Translations under genes and position numbers: made by a program | The notes under the pieces: model-generated | Databases searched by the model: none | Told to the model about the DNA's origin: nothing | What the model saw: the letters and a program-made list of their open reading frames with translations, nothing else | Shown: positions 55,828 to 64,000 of the stretch, piece after piece | Numbering within the stretch: position 1 is the stretch's first letter | Layout of the letters: the number at the start of each line of letters is the position of its first letter | DNA from: Arenicellales bacterium | GTDB lineage: Bacteria; Pseudomonadota; Gammaproteobacteria; Arenicellales; JAJDZL01 | Assembly: GCA_965220395.1 (NCBI GenBank) | Contig: CBDCPT010000004.1 | Location: 71,433-135,432 of the forward strand | Direction: 5' to 3' | Length of the DNA stretch: 64,000 nt

Positions 55828-55957
55828 TTACTTTAGACACTTTTCTACATAAAGCGCATGGAAACAAATTCAACCATAAACTGAACAAGGGTAGAAGTGA
55901 ATACTACATCGGAGATGCATCAGTTACTGGTGTGCTGGTGTTCCTAAATCTTGCAAA

Positions 55958-57103
55958 TTGGAGCGGATTAGTGCATTCTTAGCAGTGCAGATTTCGAAAT
56001 CAACGGAATTGCAAATCAAAATGAACTTTGAATCAGTGTACGAATTTCAGAATTCGGGGACATTTCCTCAGTCTGACTATGATGCCGAACCAGTCCCGCA
56101 CGTACTGGCACCGGCAGCTACCGGAGTCGATGAATTCATCAATCAACATGGAGGCGATGTAGACCGAGTCTTTGGTGAAGCTGGGGTAGACCAGAAGTGC
56201 ATCGGCAATCCGACCGAAGGCATGTCGCTAAAGTCTTTCTGTGGCTTATTTGAATCAGCCTCCGAGAACACCCGGAACGACAACTTCGGATTGTGGTTCG
56301 GCAACCAGTTTCAACCTAATGATCTTGGACTTTGGGGCTATGCGGCTATTTCCTCTCCAACCTTAGGTAATGCGCTTGACAATCTCATCGATCTATTTCG
56401 ATACCACCAGCAATGCTCCATGATGCGACTAGCTTCCGCCAGCAATGGTTATTGCAATCTGGAGTATCAGGTACGCGACCCGCAAATTGTGGAGCGCAGA
56501 CAAGACGCCGAATTATCCCTCGGCATGTTCTTAAACGTGATTCGTGAAGGTGCAGGTAAAAACTGGCAGCCAGAAGAAGTCTATTTTGAGCACCCAAAAC
56601 CTGAAAACAGCAACGAACACGAAAAAGCATTCGACGCCCCCGTGTTTTTCAGTCAAAAAGTGAATGCGATCATTTTCAATCCCGCCGTTCTCGAAAACAA
56701 AATGCCAAACAGCGACCTGAAGCTGATGTCACTCACTCGAACCTGTCTTGAATCCCTTCACACCAATACTCCGTTCACGCAAAATTTGACAGATCGCATT
56801 CGCAATATCATTCGAATCAAGCTGGCGGACGGCTATCCTTCTCTTGAACTGGTTGCTGAGAGTATTTACATGAGCACTAGCGCGATTCAACGCAGTCTTG
56901 CCTGGGAAGGACTTTCCTACACCGACTTGGTGGAAGAAACCAGAAAAAGTCTAGCTGAAATGTATTTCAAACAACGAAATCTATCGCTGTCCGAAATCGC
57001 CTACTTGTTGGGGTATTCTGAGCTCAGTGCATTCAGTCGGGCATTCCGCCGCTGGACCGGCCTCTCCCCACGTGAATTCCGAGGCCGAAGTTCTGAAAAT
57101 TGA
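55958..57103 (+). CDS. AraC-family transcriptional regulator
   Basis: The C-terminal double HTH runs ...SAIQRSLAWEGLSYTDLVEETR...LSLSEIAYLLGYSELSAFSRAFRRWTGLSPREFR. The track start is TTG 55958. ATG 56021 (MNFESVYEF) is more likely. Confidence 0.85.
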   Translation: MERISAFLAVQISKSTELQIKMNFESVYEFQNSGTFPQSDYDAEPVPHVLAPAATGVDEFINQHGGDVDRVFGEAGVDQKCIGNPTEGMSLKSFCGLFESASENTRNDNFGLWFGNQFQPNDLGLWGYAAISSPTLGNALDNLIDLFRYHQQCSMMRLASASNGYCNLEYQVRDPQIVERRQDAELSLGMFLNVIREGAGKNWQPEEVYFEHPKPENSNEHEKAFDAPVFFSQKVNAIIFNPAVLENKMPNSDLKLMSLTRTCLESLHTNTPFTQNLTDRIRNIIRIKLADGYPSLELVAESIYMSTSAIQRSLAWEGLSYTDLVEETRKSLAEMYFKQRNLSLSEIAYLLGYSELSAFSRAFRRWTGLSPREFRGRSSEN

Positions 57104-57916
57104 TTATCCGCTGCGTCCACGCAACTTACGATAGACAATCAGCAAAACAAAGGCGATCAGCAGAATTCCGGCAGCACCGCCCATCGTGAGCGAACCAAGA
57201 GTCGGCACCATCGGTGTGTAACCCGATACCATTTTTGCATACAGCCATTCAGGGATTGTCTGGTCAGCTCCGGTTGTAAAAAGCGATAGAGGGAAATTTC
57301 CCCAAGAAAGCAGAAATGCGAAGATGGCGCCGGAAATGATACCTGGAGAGAGAATCGGCAAGGTGATCTCCCTGAGCACCTGCAACCGCGAGGCACCAAG
57401 ATCGTATGCCGCCTCCTCCCACACCGGATCGAAACTGTATACCTGAATAGACATGATCAGCGTTACAATCGGCAGTATCCAAATCATGTGCGCGAACACC
57501 GCTGTCTGCCAACTTGTCGTAATTCCGAGCGAAGAAAACCACAACAGTAAAGCCAATCCAAGTACTGCCTGAGGAAAGAAAATCGGTAACAGAATCAGAC
57601 GCTGATAGAGTTTGCGTCCCTTCCAGTCATAGCGTGCGAAAGCAAGCGCACCGAAAAATGCCAGCACCACCGACAGCAGCGTCACCAAGGTCGCAATGCT
57701 AATCGAAGTCCAGAAAAGATCGCGTACCGACAGAGAAGAAAATGCTTTTTCATACCATCGCGTATCCCACATTTTGACCGGAAACTGGAAATAGCGCTGT
57801 TTCGTAAACGAAGCCATCACCACTGACAGCATCGGCATATACAAAAACAGGAGAATGCTCCCAGTCCAGACGATGATGAGAGCTCGGGAAATTCTGCCTT
57901 TACGATGGTTCTTCAC
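57104..57916 (-). CDS. ABC transporter permease (PotC/PotI-like)
   Basis: 270 aa and multi-TM. The EAA-like loop is EEAAYDLGASRLQVLREITLP. Confidence 0.85.
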   Translation of the reverse strand: MKNHRKGRISRALIIVWTGSILLFLYMPMLSVVMASFTKQRYFQFPVKMWDTRWYEKAFSSLSVRDLFWTSISIATLVTLLSVVLAFFGALAFARYDWKGRKLYQRLILLPIFFPQAVLGLALLLWFSSLGITTSWQTAVFAHMIWILPIVTLIMSIQVYSFDPVWEEAAYDLGASRLQVLREITLPILSPGIISGAIFAFLLSWGNFPLSLFTTGADQTIPEWLYAKMVSGYTPMVPTLGSLTMGGAAGILLIAFVLLIVYRKLRGRSG

Positions 57917-57919
57917 GTT

Positions 57920-58780
57920 TTATCGCCTTCCAACCAATCGGTCCAGGTCTATCTTGCGGAAAAGGAAATAGATGATAATCAGTGAAATCATGATTAACAA
58001 AACTGACAGGACTGACCCTTTCGGCCAGTTTTGAGCAAAGGTAAAGGCAGATTCAATATCATCGGCAATCATTACAATTGCCTGCCCCCCCAGAATCTTG
58101 GATTCGGCCAACGATCCCAAAGTGAGAATAAACACCAACAAACTGCCTATCAAAATTCCCGGCATGGAAAGAGGCAGTTCAACTTCGCGGAAAATTTGCA
58201 GCCTTGAGGCACCGAGGTCGGATGCGGCTTCCTTCAACGACTCCGGCACCATGGACATGCCGATCACCAGTGGAAATAACATGAAGGGAAGATACACATA
58301 TACCAATCCCAGCACAATCGAGGGAACGGTATACAGCATGCCTGAAATTGATGCTCCGAACAGGAATTGGATAGAGCCATCGATAATTCCATTCTTCAAT
58401 AGCAGCAGCACCCAGCCGAACAAGCGAATGTTTTCTGAAATCAATAATGGAAGCGCAATCAAGATGGTAATGAGCATCGCCCACTTTCCAAACAATTTCG
58501 CCATACCGTAAGCGATCGGATAAGTAACAATCAATAACAGAATGACCGTTATGACTGCAAGCGTCAACGACCAGCCGAACGAAATATAGTAGCTCTGTGT
58601 GACGACTGAAATGTAGTTGTCAAACGTTGGCAGTTGTCCAAGCGTAAAAGTTTTTGGCGGCATGAAGCTGTACAGCACCACCAGTACCAAAGGACCCGCG
58701 AATCCGATCAAGAGAAATATTCCAACCGGCAGTGCGGTTAGAAATCCAGGCTGACGGATCCAATTTGAGAGGACTTTCAT
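57920..58780 (-). CDS. ABC transporter permease (PotB/PotH-like)
   Basis: 286 aa and multi-TM. The EAA loop is KEAASDLGASRLQIFREVELP. Confidence 0.85.
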   Translation of the reverse strand: MKVLSNWIRQPGFLTALPVGIFLLIGFAGPLVLVVLYSFMPPKTFTLGQLPTFDNYISVVTQSYYISFGWSLTLAVITVILLLIVTYPIAYGMAKLFGKWAMLITILIALPLLISENIRLFGWVLLLLKNGIIDGSIQFLFGASISGMLYTVPSIVLGLVYVYLPFMLFPLVIGMSMVPESLKEAASDLGASRLQIFREVELPLSMPGILIGSLLVFILTLGSLAESKILGGQAIVMIADDIESAFTFAQNWPKGSVLSVLLIMISLIIIYFLFRKIDLDRLVGRR

Positions 58781-58798
58781 CGCCGCAATTTCAAAGAC

Positions 58799-59875
58799 TC
58801 ACTGATTTACCAGGATCGAATCCTGCGGTCGCCAACCAATAGTCACAGGTTCCCCACGCTTGCCGGAATATGGATCGTCCTGCAGCCGTTCAACCAGCCA
58901 GTGATGTTCTCCATCGACACTACGCACCTGATACTGAATGCGCGAACCGAGTGCGTAATCATTGAAAAGAACACCTTGAATCCGATTCGTCAGTGTTTCC
59001 GCTGCTGGTCCGATCTTCATAACTTCAGGACGAATGATCAGAAATCCGGACTTAAAATTCTCTGCATTGGTTCCTATCTCAAACTCGCCGTCAGTCGAGG
59101 ATTCCTTGACATGAGTACCGCCCACACGTTCGACTTCAAGAGTATTCACTTCTCCCATGAACTGGGCTACAAACTTGTTTTTCGGACGATTGTAGATATC
59201 ATCCGGACTTCCGATCTGAATCAGCTCACCTTCATTCAGAATTCCGATTCGATCACTCATCACCATTGCTTCCTCAAGTGAATGGGTAATGTAGACGAAC
59301 GTCTTTCCAGTTTCCCGATGAATATCCTTGAGTTCCTTCTCAAGTGTCTTTCGAAGCCTGAAATCCAGTGCAGAAAGTGGCTCGTCAAAAAACAGGATTT
59401 CAGGGTCAAACGCCAACGCGCGAGCAAGGGCGATTCTCTGACGCTCGCCGCCTGAACACTGATTGATGTTTTTACCGTAAAAATCTGCCGGTAGTCGCAG
59501 AAGTTCCAGCAACTCCAGTGCCCGCTTGCGTCTGACGATGGAATTCACCCCTGCAATCTTCATTGCAAACTCTACATTCTGCCCAACCGACTTGTGCGGA
59601 AACAGTGCCAGATTCTGAAACACCATACACGTCGGACGTTTGTTTGCGGGAACATCGTTGATGATGTTGCCTTTGAGGGAGATTTCGCCACTGGTGGGGA
59701 ATTCCATCCCCACCAGTATGCGAATGAGGGTTGTCTTGCCACTGCCGGAAGGCCCAACCAGTGTGAAAAACTCGCCTTCTGAAATACTGAGGTCTACATT
59801 GTTGACGGCTGTGAAGTCACCAAACCTTTTTGTAATTCCTCGTAGTTCCAGAATACCGAGTCGTCCTTCTTCCAT
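58799..59875 (-). CDS. ABC transporter ATP-binding protein (PotA-like)
   Basis: Walker A is GPSGSGKTT, the signature is CSGGERQR, and Walker B is ILFFDEPLSALD. It also has a C-terminal TOBE-like domain. Confidence 0.9.
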   Translation of the reverse strand: MEEGRLGILELRGITKRFGDFTAVNNVDLSISEGEFFTLVGPSGSGKTTLIRILVGMEFPTSGEISLKGNIINDVPANKRPTCMVFQNLALFPHKSVGQNVEFAMKIAGVNSIVRRKRALELLELLRLPADFYGKNINQCSGGERQRIALARALAFDPEILFFDEPLSALDFRLRKTLEKELKDIHRETGKTFVYITHSLEEAMVMSDRIGILNEGELIQIGSPDDIYNRPKNKFVAQFMGEVNTLEVERVGGTHVKESSTDGEFEIGTNAENFKSGFLIIRPEVMKIGPAAETLTNRIQGVLFNDYALGSRIQYQVRSVDGEHHWLVERLQDDPYSGKRGEPVTIGWRPQDSILVNQ

Positions 59876-59926
59876 GCAGAATGAACTCCAGAAGATATTC
59901 TGATAATGACATGCGAATCAAGTCGA

Positions 59927-61078
59927 CTAGCCTTCACGTTCTCGTTTGGCAGCGGAGTAGTGATCATACATTTCCGCATAGTCCGGATTAATGTCGTAGT
60001 CCTGTGAACGCGCCATTTCCTCTTCCAGAGAATCCCATTGAATCGCATCCAGCTCGTCGGCATCGAATGCTCCCAGAACAGCAGAGTCACCCATTTGCGT
60101 GACAGGGTTGTAGGTGCCTTCGGCGAATGCAACATTTTTACTCACATCGGGACGCTGGATATAGGCAAGAAATTCTTCAGCCAATGGAGATACTTCAGGA
60201 TGGTTGACAACGGAAGTCAACTCAATCCACACAATGCCGCCCTTGCCGTCCATCGGACCTGAATTCGGAGTAATTCCTCGTACATTGTTGTGTCCATCGA
60301 ATCGCGCCGGTGAAGCGGTATAGGTCCCACCGGTAAAATAGGCGTCTATCTCTCCATTAATCAAAGCCAGATTCATCGCAACCAGATCGTCGGTTAAAAT
60401 CTTTGCGCCATTGAATATCTGTCGAGCCATGTCGCTAAAACGTGATATTTCATCCGCAGTATGCGACCTGAATGGATGAACATCCGCCGCAACACACATG
60501 TGATAGATATTCCAGTTGTCGTAAGTCAGAACTCCGTATCGATCTTTCATCGCTGGATCAAGGAACAACTTGAACCCCTGATCTTCGGCCATCGCCCGGG
60601 AAATCTTGTCTGTGTTCACGACAAAATTGAATGGGCCGAATCGTTGGGTGACTCCGAGCAAGTGCTCACCTGTCTTGTCCATCGCCCACGGATATGGGGG
60701 ATGAAATGCCGGCATCATTTTTGCGAAAAATGGTTCAAACCGATCTCTAGGAAGTTCTCGAATCAATCCTTCCGGCCACATCATCTCACGTGCCCATGGG
60801 TTATTCACGTTGATCAAATCCCATATCTTGGTTTCTCCTGCTCTGAGCCGATTTACGGCATCTGGGTCTGAAGTCAGACCCTCAGCTCGGACAGTAGCAT
60901 CGAATTCCCGACGAAACGGGTCTAATACATCGTCCGAGTTGTATCCTTCCCAACAGTAAATGTTGAGTTCTTTCTCCCGTGCTGCACGCGCCAGAGTGGG
61001 AAACGTTCCCATCGAATACGCGGCGGCAAAAGCACTGGTAGTCTTCAGAAAGTTACGTCGTGACTTTTGAATTGCCAT
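59927..61078 (-). CDS. Periplasmic substrate-binding protein (PotD/PotF-like, family 1) with a twin-arginine signal
   Basis: 383 aa. The N-terminus SRRNFLKTTSAFAAAYS...ARA is Tat-like. It is the first gene of the four-gene minus-strand ABC operon. Confidence 0.8.
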   Translation of the reverse strand: MAIQKSRRNFLKTTSAFAAAYSMGTFPTLARAAREKELNIYCWEGYNSDDVLDPFRREFDATVRAEGLTSDPDAVNRLRAGETKIWDLINVNNPWAREMMWPEGLIRELPRDRFEPFFAKMMPAFHPPYPWAMDKTGEHLLGVTQRFGPFNFVVNTDKISRAMAEDQGFKLFLDPAMKDRYGVLTYDNWNIYHMCVAADVHPFRSHTADEISRFSDMARQIFNGAKILTDDLVAMNLALINGEIDAYFTGGTYTASPARFDGHNNVRGITPNSGPMDGKGGIVWIELTSVVNHPEVSPLAEEFLAYIQRPDVSKNVAFAEGTYNPVTQMGDSAVLGAFDADELDAIQWDSLEEEMARSQDYDINPDYAEMYDHYSAAKREREG

Positions 61079-61254
61079 AACTCAATTCCTCCAATATCTG
61101 TAGTTGGTATTTTGTATGTATTAAGTAATTTTACACACCGTACCACTTTATACAATACCATAAGTTGATATATTCAAGATATACATATTTACAAAACACG
61201 ATGTGATCTCTCGATCCCGATGCGGTCAATCAAGCAATGCACTAGACAAAAGCT

Positions 61255-61264
61255 CCCCCCCCCC
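61255..61264. repeat. Homopolymeric C10 tract (G10 on the minus strand)
   Basis: Counted directly: agct-cccccccccc-gacc. It lies 177 nt upstream of the ABC operon start and inside an unassigned 101-aa minus-strand ORF. Confidence 0.95.
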
Positions 61265-61728
61265 GACCGCGGCGACTCCAATCCCGTAACGGTGACTTTT
61301 GGGAGTTGTCTGCGCTCCGGTGAATTCGGTGTTACTCGTAAAACACAGGTATCGCTCCAGGTTGTGGACCGGGATTTCAGCCGCAGTGCGGCAGGTTACA
61401 TCGCCTGCATCTTGGAAATGCGTAAGTGCAAATGTACGACTGTCTCGATCGGCATTCGAGTACTGGCCTAAATGTATGACCGACGACTCGCGGCTATCGA
61501 TTAATCGGTCGTCGATTCGGGGGCGAAACAATTCCGTGAACCTGATGCCAACTCCAATTCTGCAGCAATACTTTTTTACATTTACTGTGAATCACTGTCA
61601 ATCATTCTGATCATTTGTTGTAAATTTCCCTACAGACATCCGCATGAATGCTTGTAAACGTGTGTTGCAGTCTATGTTGGATTAAGGTATAGTTAGTTAT
61701 ATCTACAGTAACTATATGAAATCAGGAC

Positions 61729-62148
61729 ATGTCAAAATACACTCCTTTGGAAATGCATTTGCGCAAATTGCGAGAATCTTCTGTACCCACGACATTTGAT
61801 GAGATTGAAAAAATCATCGGAGCGAAACTGCCACCGTCAGCCGACAGTCATCGAGCATGGTGGTCGAACAACCCCTCCAACGGTGTAATCACTCAAGCTT
61901 GGCTCAATGCTGGCTACAAATCAGCAGATGTGGATATGAAGGGACGTAAACTAGTCTTTCGAAAATCGGAATCGGATGATTCTCATTCCCAGACCGAGGA
62001 CCAACAAGATATTTCAGGCACCGACAATATAACCATAGACATGGCACTCACTCAAAATATCTTGCGTACGCTAATGGGCACCGTAACCTTGATGCCGGGC
62101 ACCGATCTCACCTCTCCAACAGGTGAGAAATGGAATGCCTCAGAGTAG
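61729..62148 (+). CDS. Putative antitoxin of the downstream PIN toxin, with an extra N-terminal domain
   Basis: 139 aa. The N-terminal ~70 aa contain LPPSADSHRAWWSNNPSNGVITQAWLNAGYK. An acidic linker follows. The C-terminal tail GTVTLMPGTDLTSPTGEKWNA resembles toxin-binding tails of VapB/DUF2281-type antitoxins. It ends 6 nt before the PIN gene. Confidence 0.5.
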   Translation: MSKYTPLEMHLRKLRESSVPTTFDEIEKIIGAKLPPSADSHRAWWSNNPSNGVITQAWLNAGYKSADVDMKGRKLVFRKSESDDSHSQTEDQQDISGTDNITIDMALTQNILRTLMGTVTLMPGTDLTSPTGEKWNASE

Positions 62149-62154
62149 TTAGCG

Positions 62155-62568
62155 ATGCTCGGCTGTCTCCTTGATACCTGTGCTGTAATTTGGAAGGCAA
62201 ACAATGATTTACTGAGAGAGCCCGGCGCAAGTGAGCTAAGAGATTTGCACAGTCGAAATTCACCGATTTACGTCTCGCCAGTTACCGCTTGGGAAATCGC
62301 AGCGCTTGCCGCCAAGGAGAAAATTACGCTCGCACTCAAGCCTGATGTCTGGTTTCAGAATTTTTGTAATCTACCAAGGATCGCCTTGGCACGGATGCCA
62401 CCTGAGGTGCTGGTTGCATCAGCCTATCTGCCTGGCAATCCTCCGAAGGATCCCGCCGATCGTATTCTTGTTGCAACTGCCAGAGAATATGGATACACAC
62501 TGATTACGCGCGACCTGCTGCTACTGGAATACGGAAAGCTTGGGCATGTTCAAGTCTTGGAGTGTTGA
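62155..62568 (+). CDS. vapC: PIN-domain toxin (VapC family)
   Basis: 137 aa with LLDTCAVIW, then SPVTAWEIA, then DPADRILVATAREYGYTLITRD. Confidence 0.8.
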   Translation: MLGCLLDTCAVIWKANNDLLREPGASELRDLHSRNSPIYVSPVTAWEIAALAAKEKITLALKPDVWFQNFCNLPRIALARMPPEVLVASAYLPGNPPKDPADRILVATAREYGYTLITRDLLLLEYGKLGHVQVLEC

Positions 62569-62926
62569 TTTGAAATCGGCCCGCTGGGTTTGGAGTTCAC
62601 CACCCGAACAGTTTGAATTAATTGATCACAATTCAGCGGTTTCGCCAAAATAAGCACATTACCACTTTTAGATACTTGTCCTCGCAGACCATTACAGACT
62701 GATTGAATGCATTTTTTGCAATTTGCCGAGTCTCAGCAAATCGTAACCTCATTCAGCACTTGCTTGGTTTTTGCCGTACCGATTTCGATTTTCAATTAAA
62801 AATATTTAAACACAAATCGGAGTGATGGTTCGAATCAGATTAGGGGGTGGATTTGTGCTGGCATTTTCTAAATAGCCAAAACACGATCGTAGCAGGTGCC
62901 CAATTGAAAAATTTAGTGACTACCTG

Positions 62927-63874
62927 ATGGCATCAGACAGACCATCAAATGTCTTACACGGATGCCTGATGATTGTCGGGGCAATGTCGGTCATCGGGCT
63001 GATCGATAACTTTATCCGTATCATTGCCGAAGAAAGCGGAGTGTGGCAGTTTTATCTTTTCCGCGCAGCCGTATCTTGCACGACTGTTTCAGTTTACCTT
63101 TTTTACAAGAGACAGAGACTCCTTCCGCAACGATTTTGGGCGGTTGCGCTCCGGTCTATCCTTACGGCTGGGGCGATTTTGATTTACTTCGGATCCCTCA
63201 CTATGATGCCAATCGCAGAGGCGGGGGCCACCCTGTTCAGCTCACCGATATTCCTACTGCTGTTTTCGGCGTTGATTTTTCGCACTAAAATTGGCCCTTG
63301 GCGTATCACAGCCGTAGCAGTAGGGTTTGCCGGAGTGCTTCTTGTTCTTAAGCCGGACCCGACAAATCTAGATGTTTTCTCTCTTCTGCCTTTACTGGCT
63401 GGAATGCTGTACGCACTCGGACAACTGGCAACCCGCCATCTCTGCGCCGATGAATCTACAGTGGTGGTATTGCTATGGTTCTTTATTGCAACCGCAATCT
63501 TCGGTCTTATCGGAACTATTGCGCTTTCTGTCTTCAGGGTGCCTGACGACTTGATCCTTACTGCACCTTTCTTCTTTACCGAATGGGTGGCACCGACGGG
63601 CAGGTTTGTGTTTTGGACAGTTGTCCAAGGTCTCGGTTCCCTCATTGCAGTTTCGGGACTGATTCGCGGCTACCAGATTGCCGAACCGACTTACATTACG
63701 GTCTTTGAATATAGTTTCCTGATCTTTGCTGGATTCTGGGGATGGGTGCTGTGGAAAGAAATGCCCGATGCAATTGGCTTCATCGGTATCGCAGCGATTA
63801 TTGGAGCTGGAATCTTGATTACGGTGCGCACACAAAAACGACCTGACGGCAATCAACACGATCCTGTCAATTGA
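62927..63874 (+). CDS. DMT-superfamily transporter (two EamA domains)
   Basis: 315 aa with about 10 predicted TM helices. It has the repeated Gly/Ala-rich EamA pattern (...GAILIYFGSLTMMPIAEAGATLFSSPIF... and ...GSLIAVSGLIRGYQIAEPTYITVFEYSF...). Confidence 0.8.
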   Translation: MASDRPSNVLHGCLMIVGAMSVIGLIDNFIRIIAEESGVWQFYLFRAAVSCTTVSVYLFYKRQRLLPQRFWAVALRSILTAGAILIYFGSLTMMPIAEAGATLFSSPIFLLLFSALIFRTKIGPWRITAVAVGFAGVLLVLKPDPTNLDVFSLLPLLAGMLYALGQLATRHLCADESTVVVLLWFFIATAIFGLIGTIALSVFRVPDDLILTAPFFFTEWVAPTGRFVFWTVVQGLGSLIAVSGLIRGYQIAEPTYITVFEYSFLIFAGFWGWVLWKEMPDAIGFIGIAAIIGAGILITVRTQKRPDGNQHDPVN

Positions 63875-64000
63875 ACATCGATTGTTCCTGAGATGAATTT
63901 CATCTGTCAGCTTACGTCGACTGGATCTCCTCAAGCCGTGTTTGTTCCGAGATAGTTCTAAGCTCATTTTGATCCGGCAGGAAGGGGTAGTCCCTGTAAT

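Noticed and set aside
62826-62836. A tRNA T-loop-like string, ggttcgaatca, in the intergenic region upstream of the DMT transporter. This could be a tRNA gene or an integration-site remnant.
   Set aside because: The flanking bases cannot form a T-stem (gatgg versus cagat) or an acceptor stem, and there is no anticodon arm. It is probably a chance match.
63184-63967. Minus-strand ORFs of 153 and 164 aa overlapping the DMT transporter gene.
   Set aside because: They are antisense to a 315-aa ORF with a clear 10-TM EamA pattern. Their translations are Arg/Ser-rich and non-membrane-like.
1-64000. A search by eye for CRISPR arrays, rRNA or tRNA genes, and integron attC-like arrays.
   Set aside because: I found no regularly spaced direct repeats, no conserved rRNA or tRNA signatures, and no integrase-linked cassette structure. 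Absence cannot be proven without tRNAscan, Infernal or CRISPR finders.

Overview
This 64-kb window is mostly accessory DNA from a moderately AT-rich chromosome. It looks Gram-negative and probably gammaproteobacterial and sulfur-oxidising, but that taxonomic guess is inference only.

Gene content from left to right:
- 1-771: soxX and the start of soxY.
- 949-3432: a RelE-like relic cut by an IS-like element that carries a 740-aa transposase.
- 3515-6652: a tightly coupled three-gene operon (DUF262, DUF3696-type ATPase, orphan protein). It looks like an uncharacterised defence module.
- 7151-15019: an ArsR regulator followed by a stand-alone 2497-aa fully reducing type I PKS (KS-AT-DH-cMT-ER-KR-ACP) with no release domain.
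- 15024-16100: a periplasmic double-thioredoxin protein.
- 17500-17810: an IstB relic.
- 18069-23159: a 1696-aa Mrr-nuclease/SF2-helicase/amino-methyltransferase fusion resembling a Type ISP restriction-modification enzyme.
- 23650-25253: a Mug-like glycosylase with an altered catalytic motif and a lipoate-ligase-family gene.
- 25393-38571: a bacterial microcompartment locus whose enzyme set matches the RMM (aminoacetone / 1-amino-2-propanol) type. It has an SDR, an aminotransferase-fold protein, an APH-fold kinase, an acylating aldehyde dehydrogenase, and a shell of one BMC-H, one BMC-P and two BMC-T. The locus is split by about 5.7 kb of accreted DNA holding two YHS-domain paralogues, two DUF4143 ATPases, two decayed repeat copies and a glycosyltransferase pseudogene.
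- 38788-43590: a 1600-aa NAD-glutamate dehydrogenase.
- 43900-55827: a graveyard of mobile elements. It includes a fitAB/vapBC-like pair with a nonsense-inactivated toxin and an IS110 relic. It also holds a 6.2-kb recombinase-in-trio (RIT) element with perfect 84-bp inverted repeats, whose ritA is interrupted by an IS4-family insertion with a 10-bp target duplication. A Slam-like gene is broken into pieces. Its putative TbpB-like surface-lipoprotein partner is intact and has a G11 tract just after the lipobox. A truncated DDE transposase closes the region.
- 55958-63874: an AraC regulator, a pot-like ABC importer, a PIN toxin-antitoxin pair and a DMT transporter.

I saw no rRNA, tRNA or CRISPR array. 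All calls rest on my reading of the ORF-track translations and the raw sequence. No database search was run.
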